This document shows, piece after piece, positions 20,345-30,018 of a stretch of DNA of 44,065 nt. Origin of the DNA: an uncultured Flavobacteriales bacterium (GTDB taxonomy: Bacteria > Bacteroidota > Bacteroidia > CAIKAF01); contig CALEWF010000056.1 of assembly GCA_937925455.1 (NCBI GenBank), positions 1-44,065 of the forward strand, read 5' to 3'. A model generated the notes under the pieces. It saw nothing but the letters and a program-made list of their open reading frames with translations, searched no databases and had not been told where the DNA came from. The stretch's first letter is position 1, and each line of letters opens with the position of its first letter. The position numbers were made by a program, and so were the translations under genes.

Positions 20345-21199
20345 TTAATTGGGAGTAGCATTTACAAAATCCCAATTTGCACCGTTTTTTTTCCAGATAA
20401 TACTAATTACTTCCAGTTCATTAACTTTCCAATTTGACTCTAATGGCACTACATATCCTTTATGAAAAATATCACCAGCAGATGCGCCACTTGTAGTAAT
20501 AGTTTCACCCCATGGATCTTCACCGGCAAAGCCTAACAATACCTTGTGGTGTTCAAATTCATTGATGTAATTGTCTCCTACTTGTTGTGGTGCAATTACT
20601 TTTTTAGCAATTAAATAGACTCCCATTTTATATTCCCCACTTAAGTTGCTAAATGCTTTGGCATAGGCATTTATATTTATTTTACCTGAATTAGCGCCAC
20701 CACCTACAGTCCAATGCACCCCTGTGCCTATGGTAGGAGTGGTTGATATAATTGAATTAATTTCATTAGAGGCTTGACCTAAGTTTTGATCTACATAAGT
20801 GTTATTTGCTACAAAAGTGGGGGTACCATTGTAGTCCCATCGGGCTGAAAAAGCATCATATACCGGAGAATTTCGAGGAGTAGTTAAATCATCATTCGTT
20901 TGTATAGTAAATGCTACAATATTTCCTTTATTATTTTCATAAAATTGATTGAAAGCATTCATGCCAAAACTCCCACATGCAAAACACCAGGTTGCCGTGT
21001 ATTTAAAAAACATACCATTTTGTTTAGTAGGAATAATTACACAACTACCATCATCAACATTAGCCGATGGATTGAAGTTAACAGCATCAGCATTTAAGCA
21101 GCCTCTTATAGGTTCTGAATTGTTTTCGGGAGCACAGGATGTTAAAAATGTAATTACTGTTACAATTATAACATTTACAATTGATTTATTAGTTTTCAT
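20345..21199 (-). CDS. Lipoprotein with thioredoxin-like CxxC motif (possibly Omp28-related)
   Basis: 284 aa. Lipobox (FLTSC), a GC..DA.NFNP.A..DDGSC motif common in Bacteroidota surface proteins, and WCFACG. The family assignment is from memory only. Confidence 0.35.
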   Translation of the reverse strand: MKTNKSIVNVIIVTVITFLTSCAPENNSEPIRGCLNADAVNFNPSANVDDGSCVIIPTKQNGMFFKYTATWCFACGSFGMNAFNQFYENNKGNIVAFTIQTNDDLTTPRNSPVYDAFSARWDYNGTPTFVANNTYVDQNLGQASNEINSIISTTPTIGTGVHWTVGGGANSGKININAYAKAFSNLSGEYKMGVYLIAKKVIAPQQVGDNYINEFEHHKVLLGFAGEDPWGETITTSGASAGDIFHKGYVVPLESNWKVNELEVISIIWKKNGANWDFVNATPN

Positions 21200-21247
21200 A
21201 CAATTTTTTTGTAAATTAAAATAAAAATTTTTAAAAAAACAATTTAT

Positions 21248-22225
21248 TTAACGTAGTCGTTGTTCCACATATTCAGGAATTTGTTTTTCTTTTTTTTGCT
21301 CCTTCATTTTGGCGATGTACTGATTGTAATTTTCTTTGGCCTTTTCTTTGTCTTTTTTACCATAATATGCATCACCTATCAGCAGCCACCAGGCAGGTTT
21401 TTGCGGGAACCATCGAATGTATGATGTAACTAATGTTAGGGTTTGGTCATATTGCTTCGCTTCGTTGTAATAATTCAGATATTCCGAAAGTATTTCAGAA
21501 AAATCATCGAACTTAAGACCATATAAATCTTTTCCAAATTTTGATTTCAATTCGTTTTCTGTTTTAATTTTCTCCAACCATGCCCAACCTTGGTAAGTAA
21601 AAATGGTTTGTATGAACGATGCGGCTTCTTTAAATTTTCTTTTTCCCGCTTCTTCTTGTGCTTTGGTTCTGGCGACCTGGAGAAGCTTTACAGCTACTTC
21701 TTCGGTATTGATATAAGCCTCCGGATATTTTAATGAATCGTATGTGGCCATGGCTTCTTTGGGTTTTTGAAGTTGCAAAAGCTTTTCAGCCCGGGCTTTG
21801 ATGGCCGGAGAAATATCACTGCGTTCTTCCTTTTCATAGAATGCGCTTTCATTTTTCCAGGAAAATATTCCGCAGATGATTTCCGTTTTACCGGGAACAG
21901 ATGAGCATAGTTCAATACCTTTTTCTGGCAAATAGTTACAACGAACAAAATTTTCCGGATAAAATGTAAGCTGGTGTTTTATTTTCTCTAAAAAAATTAC
22001 TTCCTCATCGTTTACTTCTCCATAAAGCATCAACTCTTTGGTGTTTTTATTGTAGCCTATACAAGCTGCCCGATATTTTTTTGAAAACATTTTAATCCCA
22101 TTGCTCTGCACCGGAATGATGGTAATATGAGAAGGCATGTCCGTTTTTTTAATTGCCGTTTGAGCCGTGGTAATTAAACTTAACAAAACGAAGGTCATCG
22201 TTAAAAAAGTCATTCTTTTAAACAT
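21248..22225 (-). CDS. Hypothetical secreted protein with helical/TPR-like C-terminal half
   Basis: 325 aa with a signal peptide (LSLITTAQT) and a C-terminal TPR-like segment (LLIGDAYYGKKDKEKAKENYNQYI). Confidence 0.4.
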   Translation of the reverse strand: MFKRMTFLTMTFVLLSLITTAQTAIKKTDMPSHITIIPVQSNGIKMFSKKYRAACIGYNKNTKELMLYGEVNDEEVIFLEKIKHQLTFYPENFVRCNYLPEKGIELCSSVPGKTEIICGIFSWKNESAFYEKEERSDISPAIKARAEKLLQLQKPKEAMATYDSLKYPEAYINTEEVAVKLLQVARTKAQEEAGKRKFKEAASFIQTIFTYQGWAWLEKIKTENELKSKFGKDLYGLKFDDFSEILSEYLNYYNEAKQYDQTLTLVTSYIRWFPQKPAWWLLIGDAYYGKKDKEKAKENYNQYIAKMKEQKKEKQIPEYVEQRLR

Positions 22226-22356
22226 ACATTACTTGTTTTTGAGTATTGAAGAAATGCAAACATTATCAAAGGTAGGAATCTTCCTGTTTTTTTGTTGATA
22301 ATTTATAGCTGTTTCATTACAAGAATTAAAAATGATTTTTGATATTTATCCACATC

Positions 22357-25300
22357 ATGCCAAAGTTAAAGATATACAAAGCATCTGCCGGATCAGGAAA
22401 AACATTTCAGTTGGTAAGGGAGTATTTGTTGATTGTGTTTAATAATCCGGATGATTTTCAGCATGTGTTGGGGGTAACCTTTACCAACAAGGCTACCGGA
22501 GAAATGAAAAGTCGGATATTAGAGGAGCTGGACAAGCTTTCGTCGGGGAAGCCCTCTGAACATTTGCATGCATTGATGGAGCATTTTAAAAAACCGGAAG
22601 CTTGGATTAAACAACGAGCTACCGTGTTGTATAGTCGGGCACTTCATCAGTATCATGAATTTCACATACAAACCATTGATAGTTTTTTTCAGCGAATTAT
22701 TCGTGGATTTGCACGCGATATTGGGCTTACTGCCGGTTTTAACTTAGAGTTAGATACCGATACTGTACTAAATATATGTATTGAGGATTTGATGAATGAA
22801 TTGCAGGAAGATAGCGAGCATGGAGATTGGTTGATTCGTTTTGCAGAGCAGCGTATAGAAGACAATAAGCATTGGGATTTGCAAAGCGAATTATTTAAGT
22901 TTTCAAAAGAAGTATTCAAAGAAAAATTTTCCGCCATAGCCGATGATATCATTGCATTTGTTGAAGATAAAAACAAAATGAAAGCCTTATTTTCTACCAT
23001 TCGTTCGCAGGTGAATGATTTTGAAAAAAAAATGGATGAGTTAGGGACGAAAGGATTGGAAATTATAGAGGCATATCATTTGGAAATTGAAGATTTTAGT
23101 TATGGGAAATCTGGATTTGCTTCAGTTTTTCAGAAAGTTAAAAATCAAGATTTTGATTTTGGCACAAGAATATTAGGCGCTCCGAATAATGAAAATGCCT
23201 GGTATTCAAAATCCAAATCAAAAGAAATTATAGAAAAAATTACGAATGTATATCCACTACTTAATCCCGTTTTATGTGAAATTATTGATTTGTACAAGCA
23301 AGAAGGCAAGGTTTATTTTGCTGCTCATAATGCTCAAAAATATTTGTATCAATTAGGAGTATTATCGTTGATTTTACAATATATCCGAAAGTACAGAGAT
23401 GAGCAGGATGTAATTTTAATGCCTGATACGGCGCCGTTAATTCATCAGATTGTAAAGCACAATGAGGAAGCTTTTATCTATGAAAAAACCGGAACCTATT
23501 TTCATCATTTTTTGCTGGATGAGTTTCAGGATACCTCCGAGCTTCAATGGGAAAACTTTAAACCCCTTATCAGTAACAGCATTTCGCAAGATTATGTGAG
23601 TTTATTAGTAGGCGATGTAAAGCAATCCATTTATCGGTTTCGAAACGGTGATTGGCGATTGTTGATGTACAAAGCCCAGCAAGATATTCCATATTCGGAG
23701 GTTATCTCCATGGATACCAACTACCGTAGCGCCGAAATGATTGTACGGTTTAACAATACGCTATTTTCCCTTATTCCACCCATGTTAGGCGAAGGGTTTA
23801 AAAAATTATTTCAGTGTGCAGGTGTTGATTCGGAAGTTCCCGGTTGGTTTGAATTAGCGTATGCAAATCAAGCCCAGCGATTTAACCCCAAAAACGGAAA
23901 AGGGTATATACTGGCACAAAAGTTTCTAAAAGATAAAGAATCAAATAGCCCTGAACCTGCATTAGATGCCATGATTTCGATAATTCAAGATGCCTTGTCA
24001 CGTGGGTATGGTTTGCGAGACGTAGTGATTTTATGTAGGAAATATAACGATGTGGAAAAGGCTTATGATTATCTCTCAACCTATGGTAACCCAGAATGGA
24101 AAATTGTATCTGAAAAATCGTTGCAATTAAAGAATAATGGCTATGTTCGGATGATTTTTTCGGCTCTCAGATGGTTAGCCTATCCGCAGGATTTGATTTC
24201 AAGGGCAAACTTGATTACAGAAGTTGCAAAATATAAGTTAAAAGTTTCAGATCAAGCATTATGGAATAATATTCAAAACCCACCGCCATTGCTTAATGAT
24301 TTTTTTGAGGATGCTGAAAACATTCGCCAGATGGTGATATTGGATGCTATAATTAGAATTCATGAATTGTTTGATGTTGCTGGATTATTTGATCGAAATG
24401 AAGATGTAATTTTTTTTCAAACACTGTTGGATGAGGTGATAGAGTTTATGAGAACCGGCGACCATACATTGGCAGCCTTGGTAGATTGGTTGGATGAAGC
24501 GGGTCTGGAAAAATCTTTACAACAATCAGAATCAATGAATGCCCTTCGCATTCTTACTATACACAAATCAAAAGGTTTAGAATTTCCTATAGTGATTATC
24601 CCATTTTTTAATTGGTCATTAAATCATGAAAATAATACGAATAATATTCTTTGGGAAAAACCCCCGGTTGAATTGGGTTGGGAAGTGCCTGTGATTCCAT
24701 TATCATATAATTCTAAACTTACAAAATCATACTTCGCTGAGCATTATCTCAATGAGCGTTTTGCTGCTTCCATGGATGCGTTGAATTTAATGTATGTGGC
24801 GCTTACCCGGGCAAAAAATGAATTGTATCTGTTTGTACAGGTTAATTCAGAAAGTGATAATAAAAATGAAGACAATTTGCCTAAAAATGTGGGGGAATTG
24901 CTATTTGATAGCATAAAAAGTAAAACAGAAGTAAATGACTCAAGAAATTTATTTGTTTCGCTTTATTCTAATTTTTCTGAATCTGAAATGGTTTTAGAAT
25001 TAGGTGAAAAAGTTGGTTCGAATGAAGAAAAAAAGAAAACGGAAGAATCCTTTTTACAACATGATTTTTTAATGAAACTTCCCTGGAAAAAATTATCTGT
25101 TCAATCACTTTCTGCAAATTATCTGGATGCCATAGGTGAAGAACGAAGAAAAGGAATTGTTATTCATCAGTTACTGTCGAAGTTGAGGCACATGGATGAT
25201 TTTCAGCGACTCATTGCTGAAGTTACAATGTATGGACCTGATGCCGGTTGGATAGCAGAGGAGTTAATTCAATTAAAAAATGAATTTACATCGCACCCAT

Positions 25301-25563
25301 TATTGCATACATGGTTTGATAGTAAGCTTGACGTAATGACAGAGCAATCTATAATTGCTTCGGATGGAAAAACATATCGTCCGGACCGAATTATTAGAAC
25401 AGCGAATGAAATCGTGGTAATTGATTTTAAAACCGGAGAACAACATCCTGAATACTTGCAGCAGGTGAAGCAATATAAAACCATTTTGCAAAATATCTAT
25501 CAAGAAACGGTGAACGCTTATTTGATATATATTTCTCCTTTACAGGTGATTGAAATAGAATAA
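22357..25563 (+). CDS. UvrD/AddA-like ATP-dependent helicase-nuclease
   Basis: Walker A ASAGSGKTF, the DEFQDTS motif, helicase motif VI (VALTRAK), and a C-terminal PD-(D/E)XK nuclease segment (RPDRII...VVIDFKTG). Start at the ATG at 22357. Confidence 0.85.
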   Translation: MPKLKIYKASAGSGKTFQLVREYLLIVFNNPDDFQHVLGVTFTNKATGEMKSRILEELDKLSSGKPSEHLHALMEHFKKPEAWIKQRATVLYSRALHQYHEFHIQTIDSFFQRIIRGFARDIGLTAGFNLELDTDTVLNICIEDLMNELQEDSEHGDWLIRFAEQRIEDNKHWDLQSELFKFSKEVFKEKFSAIADDIIAFVEDKNKMKALFSTIRSQVNDFEKKMDELGTKGLEIIEAYHLEIEDFSYGKSGFASVFQKVKNQDFDFGTRILGAPNNENAWYSKSKSKEIIEKITNVYPLLNPVLCEIIDLYKQEGKVYFAAHNAQKYLYQLGVLSLILQYIRKYRDEQDVILMPDTAPLIHQIVKHNEEAFIYEKTGTYFHHFLLDEFQDTSELQWENFKPLISNSISQDYVSLLVGDVKQSIYRFRNGDWRLLMYKAQQDIPYSEVISMDTNYRSAEMIVRFNNTLFSLIPPMLGEGFKKLFQCAGVDSEVPGWFELAYANQAQRFNPKNGKGYILAQKFLKDKESNSPEPALDAMISIIQDALSRGYGLRDVVILCRKYNDVEKAYDYLSTYGNPEWKIVSEKSLQLKNNGYVRMIFSALRWLAYPQDLISRANLITEVAKYKLKVSDQALWNNIQNPPPLLNDFFEDAENIRQMVILDAIIRIHELFDVAGLFDRNEDVIFFQTLLDEVIEFMRTGDHTLAALVDWLDEAGLEKSLQQSESMNALRILTIHKSKGLEFPIVIIPFFNWSLNHENNTNNILWEKPPVELGWEVPVIPLSYNSKLTKSYFAEHYLNERFAASMDALNLMYVALTRAKNELYLFVQVNSESDNKNEDNLPKNVGELLFDSIKSKTEVNDSRNLFVSLYSNFSESEMVLELGEKVGSNEEKKKTEESFLQHDFLMKLPWKKLSVQSLSANYLDAIGEERRKGIVIHQLLSKLRHMDDFQRLIAEVTMYGPDAGWIAEELIQLKNEFTSHPLLHTWFDSKLDVMTEQSIIASDGKTYRPDRIIRTANEIVVIDFKTGEQHPEYLQQVKQYKTILQNIYQETVNAYLIYISPLQVIEIE

Positions 25564-28463
25564 TGATGCAACCTTTTTTACAAGATATAGCCGATGCATT
25601 GATGAAATTTACTCCGCATGAGTTGGAGAAAATCATCGTGCTTTTCCCTAATCGTCGTGCCATTCAGTTCCTTAAATCCAGGTTGATTGTCAGCGCCCAT
25701 GGTCAATCGTTTATTTTACCTAAAATGCAGGCAATTGATGATTTTGTTGCTTCGTTAGTGCCATTTGCTATAGCCGATGCTGTTTCCATGAATGCTACAT
25801 TGTTTACTATTTTTAAACGATTGGGCATTCATCATGAATCGTATGACTTATTCTTTAGTTGGGGGGAGATGTTGGTTCGTGATTTTGATGAGTTGGATAA
25901 GTATTTGGCAAATCCTGATCAGGTATTTCGTATGTTGCTTGGCGAAAAAGAAATTGCAGGCCAGTTTGCCTATTTAGACGAAGAACAAATCAAAGCCATT
26001 CAACATTTTTGGAGCTCCTTTAATCCGAATAAACTCAGTAAAGAGCAGGAATTATTTCTGGCTTTATGGAAATCGTTGCCAAAAATATATCAACAATTCA
26101 ATCATGAGTTGAGTACTTCCGGTAGAACCTATATGGGGCATGCTTACCGGTTATTGGCAGAAAATCCGGCTTCTTATTTTAATTATCAAATTCATCCTAA
26201 AACCAAGTTTATTATTGCCGGATTTAACTGGATAACTCCAGCGGAAGCAGCTATTTTTACTTATTTAAGAAAACATTACGATATTTCTTTTTATTGGGAT
26301 GTGGATGTCCATTATACCGAACCGGTGATTCATGAAGCAGGGTATTTTTTTAGAAAATACAGTTCACGTTTCCCCTCCAAGTTACTCCCAAGGAACAGTA
26401 TTAATGTATTTAATAAATCCGTTACTTTTTACAATTGTTCGAAGTTTTTAGCGCAAGCGCAGCAAGCAGCACAGGTTATTCGCTCTATTCAACATAAAGA
26501 TGAAACCATTGCCCTGATTCTTCCTGATGAATCTCGGCTACCTGTGGTTTTAGCTGCTTTGGCCGAGCTGGAAGAGTTGAATGTAACCATGGGGATTCAA
26601 ATTAAAAATTCACAAGCTGCATCTTTTGTATCGCAATGGTTAGAATTATTGCTTTTTGCTCGTAAAGAAGGCGAGGAGTATTATTATCATATAACCCGTT
26701 TAAATCATTTCATCCAACATCCCCTTATTATATCCATGCTGGGGGAGGTGGGTTTAAATAATTGGAATAATATCATAAAAAATCTTACTGAAAATATTTT
26801 TGCTATAAATCATTTTCCGGAATGGATGAAACCTTTGCAATATATTCTCACTCCACCGGCTGACGGAATACGTCTGCTTGTTCAGCTCAAAGAATTTTTC
26901 CACAATTACATTCAAAGGGTAGCTGCCAATCAGCATTTATCTGAAGAAGCAAATAAAAATAATATTCAGGGAAATTTTCATACGGAATTAAACCTTGCTT
27001 TTTATCAAGCCTTATCAAAATTAATTCATTCTTGCGTAGAAAATAACTTAGAATTTTCTGTACAAACCGCATCCCGTCTTATACAACGAATGTTGCATCA
27101 AACCCGGGTTCCGTTTCAGTCTGATAGTACAGGGCGAATACAAATCATGGGATTTTTAGAGTCGCAGTGTCTTGACTTTGATCATATATTTATTTTAGAT
27201 TTTAATGAAGGTGTTGTTCCGCCGGGCGTATCGCAAGGATCATACATTCCTTTTTCCATCCGAAAGGGATTTGGCTTACCCGTTCCCGAAGACCATTACC
27301 GGATGTATGCGTATTTCTTTTATCGGCTCATGCATCAATCCAAAACCATGCATTTGTTTTACAACACTCTGGCCGACGGTATTACAAGCAGTGAGCCCAG
27401 TCGTTTTGTGGCACAAATCAAAGCAGAGTGTACTAATATTCAAATTAACGAGTTGAAACAGGATGCCCCGATCGCATTTAATCACGTATTATCCATTGAA
27501 GTACCCAAAACCTCTGAAATCTTAGATGCATTAAAGCGATATACAGATGAATCTAACAGTACCTATCTAACTCCTTCGGCACTGAATCAATACTTAGATT
27601 GCCGACTAAAATTTTATTTTCGATACATTGTAAACTTAGACGAAACCAAAGAAAAGACAGACAAAATAAATCCTGCAACCTTTGGAGATATCCTGCATGT
27701 TGCCATGCAGGATCTTTATTCCGAAGCTATCCAAACTAAAGGAACGGCTGAGTTTTCAAGACAAGACATACAGGGTTTGCATGCAACTATTCCATTATCC
27801 ATAAATCGTGCCTTTCATCAGGTTTTTTATGGGCAAAAACGTAATGAGCCCTTTCGCTTTGAGGGCACGTTATTAATTGCTAAAAATATATTGAAACGCT
27901 ATATTCAATCCATTCTCCAGTTTGATGAAGCCTACGCTCCCATTACGTTATTACGTATGGAGAAAAGAGATGAAATCACCTTGCATTTGGGGGGGAAAAA
28001 CATTCGAATTGGTGGGAAAATTGATCGTTTGGATATATCAAACGGCATAGTTCGCGTGATTGATTACAAAACTGGTTCGAGTGAAAAGAAAACCACATTT
28101 CATTCTATTGAACAACTTTTTGAATTTCATTCCAAAGATCGTCCGGGCTATGTGTTTCAGGTGATGTTGTATGCATACATCACCGACCATTTGATGAAGA
28201 AGGATATCCCCATTCAGCCTGGATTACTCTTTGTACGCGATTCCTTCAAAGAAACATTTCAAACGACCATTCAACAGGTAATTGATAAAAAAACCGAAAC
28301 TGTAAACGATTACAGAACATATAAAAATGAAATAGAAAAAGGCTTAAGTCAAGTAATTGCTGATCTATTTAACCCCGAAATACCATTCTCTCAAACTCCT
28401 CATATAGAAATTTGTAAAAATTGTGCCTACCAAAAGATTTGTCGTAAAGATTTATTAGAATAA
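25563..28463 (+). CDS. AddB-like PD-(D/E)XK nuclease subunit with Fe-S cysteines
   Basis: 966 aa. Its start overlaps the upstream stop by 1 nt. C-terminal nuclease motif (GGKIDRLD...VIDYKTG) is bracketed by one upstream Cys (YLDCRLKFY) and CxxCx5C (CKNCAYQKIC), matching the AddB iron-staple arrangement. Confidence 0.75.
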   Translation: MMQPFLQDIADALMKFTPHELEKIIVLFPNRRAIQFLKSRLIVSAHGQSFILPKMQAIDDFVASLVPFAIADAVSMNATLFTIFKRLGIHHESYDLFFSWGEMLVRDFDELDKYLANPDQVFRMLLGEKEIAGQFAYLDEEQIKAIQHFWSSFNPNKLSKEQELFLALWKSLPKIYQQFNHELSTSGRTYMGHAYRLLAENPASYFNYQIHPKTKFIIAGFNWITPAEAAIFTYLRKHYDISFYWDVDVHYTEPVIHEAGYFFRKYSSRFPSKLLPRNSINVFNKSVTFYNCSKFLAQAQQAAQVIRSIQHKDETIALILPDESRLPVVLAALAELEELNVTMGIQIKNSQAASFVSQWLELLLFARKEGEEYYYHITRLNHFIQHPLIISMLGEVGLNNWNNIIKNLTENIFAINHFPEWMKPLQYILTPPADGIRLLVQLKEFFHNYIQRVAANQHLSEEANKNNIQGNFHTELNLAFYQALSKLIHSCVENNLEFSVQTASRLIQRMLHQTRVPFQSDSTGRIQIMGFLESQCLDFDHIFILDFNEGVVPPGVSQGSYIPFSIRKGFGLPVPEDHYRMYAYFFYRLMHQSKTMHLFYNTLADGITSSEPSRFVAQIKAECTNIQINELKQDAPIAFNHVLSIEVPKTSEILDALKRYTDESNSTYLTPSALNQYLDCRLKFYFRYIVNLDETKEKTDKINPATFGDILHVAMQDLYSEAIQTKGTAEFSRQDIQGLHATIPLSINRAFHQVFYGQKRNEPFRFEGTLLIAKNILKRYIQSILQFDEAYAPITLLRMEKRDEITLHLGGKNIRIGGKIDRLDISNGIVRVIDYKTGSSEKKTTFHSIEQLFEFHSKDRPGYVFQVMLYAYITDHLMKKDIPIQPGLLFVRDSFKETFQTTIQQVIDKKTETVNDYRTYKNEIEKGLSQVIADLFNPEIPFSQTPHIEICKNCAYQKICRKDLLE

Positions 28464-28516
28464 CTCTTTTCATTGTATGATAATTTTTATTCCGAATTTG
28501 CGATTATATTTAATAT

Positions 28517-28718
28517 GGCTGCTTAATGCGGCTGTCCGTTACAAGTCCTCGGGGCTCAGCCACACAGGGCATCGGGGTAGCGGTGTCTTCGTGCCCTCAG
28601 CCCCGCTACCCCGTGCCCTGTGGGCTTCGCCCCTGCGGGCTTTCCACTGCCATCCGCAGCAGATGGGGCAGCGGGTGAATTCACCCCTACCAGAGAGAGA
28701 AACACACGGTTGCCCCCC
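28517..28718 (+). repeat. GC-rich imperfect-palindrome intergenic repeat, copy D (core 28517-28662 plus a 56-nt 3' module)
   Basis: Used as the reference copy. The central stem pairs 28560-28583 with 28603-28624 (about 23 bp with two 1-nt bulges), and the outer arms pair in nearly constant register. It sits between the convergent addB-like and pth genes. Confidence 0.9.
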
Positions 28719-28737
28719 TTAAAAAACCTATGAAAAT

Positions 28738-28765
28738 GTTAAGATATAATTGTTAAGATATAATT
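28738..28765. repeat. 14-bp perfect tandem duplication (GTTAAGATATAATT x2, plus a partial third GTTAA)
   Basis: Read directly: 28738-28751 equals 28752-28765. It lies between repeat copy D and the pth stop. Confidence 0.85.
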
Positions 28766-28780
28766 AGTTAAAGCAGTCAG

Positions 28781-29350
28781 CTATTTTGTGTTAACAATAT
28801 TCATGGTTTTTTCCAGTCCTATCAAAGCAAAACTAATTACAGCTTCGGCTGCTTTTTCGATGGCAGATTTGATGATTTCTTTTTCTTCATCTTTCCATTT
28901 TCCTAAAACATATTCTGCCTGTTTGCCTTTGGCGAAATTATTACCCACACCAAAACGTAAGCGGGCGTAATTGGGGGTTTGTAGCAATTCCTGAATGTTT
29001 TTTAAACCATTATGTCCGCCGTCGCTTCCCTTTCCTCGCAATCGTAATTTGCCGGTTGGAAGTGCAATATCGTCTGTAATAACCAATAAATTGTCAAGTG
29101 GAATTTTTTCTTTATGCAGCCAATAATGAACGGCTTTACCACTCAGGTTCATGTAGGTGGTGGGTTTTATCAGGATGAGTTCTTTCCCTTTATGCTTCAA
29201 TCGTGCTACCGATGCATAGCGATCGGATTGAAAGGTAATCATATTTTTAGCAGCCAGAAAATCTAACACATCAAATCCGATATTGTGTCGGGTTTGATCA
29301 TAATCGGCTCCTATATTACCCAAGCCTGCTATAAGAAATTTAGATGACAT
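28781..29350 (-). CDS. pth: Peptidyl-tRNA hydrolase
   Basis: 189 aa. Contains GLGNIG..Y..TRHNIGF and the GHNGLK motif. Confidence 0.95.
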   Translation of the reverse strand: MSSKFLIAGLGNIGADYDQTRHNIGFDVLDFLAAKNMITFQSDRYASVARLKHKGKELILIKPTTYMNLSGKAVHYWLHKEKIPLDNLLVITDDIALPTGKLRLRGKGSDGGHNGLKNIQELLQTPNYARLRFGVGNNFAKGKQAEYVLGKWKDEEKEIIKSAIEKAAEAVISFALIGLEKTMNIVNTK

Positions 29351-29354
29351 GACT

Positions 29355-29384
29355 AAAAATAAAAAAGGACGGGTTACCGTCCTT
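29355..29384 (-). terminator. Rho-independent terminator/attenuator between rplY and pth
   Basis: The minus strand reads AAGGACGG-TAAC-CCGTCCTT followed by TTTTTATTTTT (stem 29365-29372 / 29377-29384). Confidence 0.65.
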
Positions 29385-29410
29385 CAATAATACGTTTTCT
29401 GGTTAAGAAA

Positions 29411-29998
29411 TTATTTTTTCTTGTCTGATTCTGCTGCTGCCTGAGCTGACATGGCACTTCGGGTCATCTGCACGGCAGCTACTGCAATATTTGCAGCATC
29501 CAAGAAAGTAACTCCCGGAACTTTCAGGTCAGAGATGCGAAGCTTATCGCCAATGTTTAAGTGGGTAACATCCAATTCAATTTCATCGGGTATATCAGCA
29601 GGCAATGCCTCGATATTGAGTTTCTTTACATTTACCACCAATCTTCCACCGGCACGAACCCCGATAGAATTACCGGTAACTTTTACTGGAAGCTGTAAAC
29701 GCACTTTTTTATTATCAAAAACCTGTAAAAAATCTACATGAATGGGTTTGTCAGAAACCGGATTGAACTGAATTTCTTTCATTACACCTTTGTAAGAGTT
29801 ACCTTCAATTTGAATATCAGCAAAGTAAACAGAAGGTGTATAAATAAACTTTTTCAGTTCGGCTTCGGTAGCGGCAAAGTGTACAGGGGCTTCATCTCCA
29901 TAAATAACACATGGGATCAACCCTCTTCTGCGAAGTTCAGCTGCATTTTTGCTACCTACTGTTTCTCTTTTTTGACCGATTAATGTTAAAGTTTTCAT
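29411..29998 (-). CDS. rplY: 50S ribosomal protein L25/general stress protein Ctc
   Basis: 195 aa with the L25/Ctc N-terminal domain (R...GSKNAAELRRRGLIPCVIYG). Conserved prs-ctc-pth gene order. Confidence 0.9.
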   Translation of the reverse strand: MKTLTLIGQKRETVGSKNAAELRRRGLIPCVIYGDEAPVHFAATEAELKKFIYTPSVYFADIQIEGNSYKGVMKEIQFNPVSDKPIHVDFLQVFDNKKVRLQLPVKVTGNSIGVRAGGRLVVNVKKLNIEALPADIPDEIELDVTHLNIGDKLRISDLKVPGVTFLDAANIAVAAVQMTRSAMSAQAAAESDKKK

Positions 29999-30018
29999 TT
30001 TTTCAATGATTATGAACG

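Noticed and set aside
22357-28463. The large helicase-nuclease pair near the window centre as a possible novel defence system.
   Set aside because: The domain order and motifs match canonical AddA/AddB-type recombination enzymes common in Bacteroidota: a UvrD helicase plus a C-terminal PD-(D/E)XK nuclease, and a partner nuclease with the one-plus-three cysteine Fe-S arrangement. There are no accompanying defence genes.
28551-28640. G-quadruplex/i-motif potential of the repeat (several G3-4 and C3-4 tracts on each strand).
   Set aside because: The tracts are fully accounted for by the long Watson-Crick hairpin, whose arms covary. There is no independent evidence for a G4, so this stays speculative.
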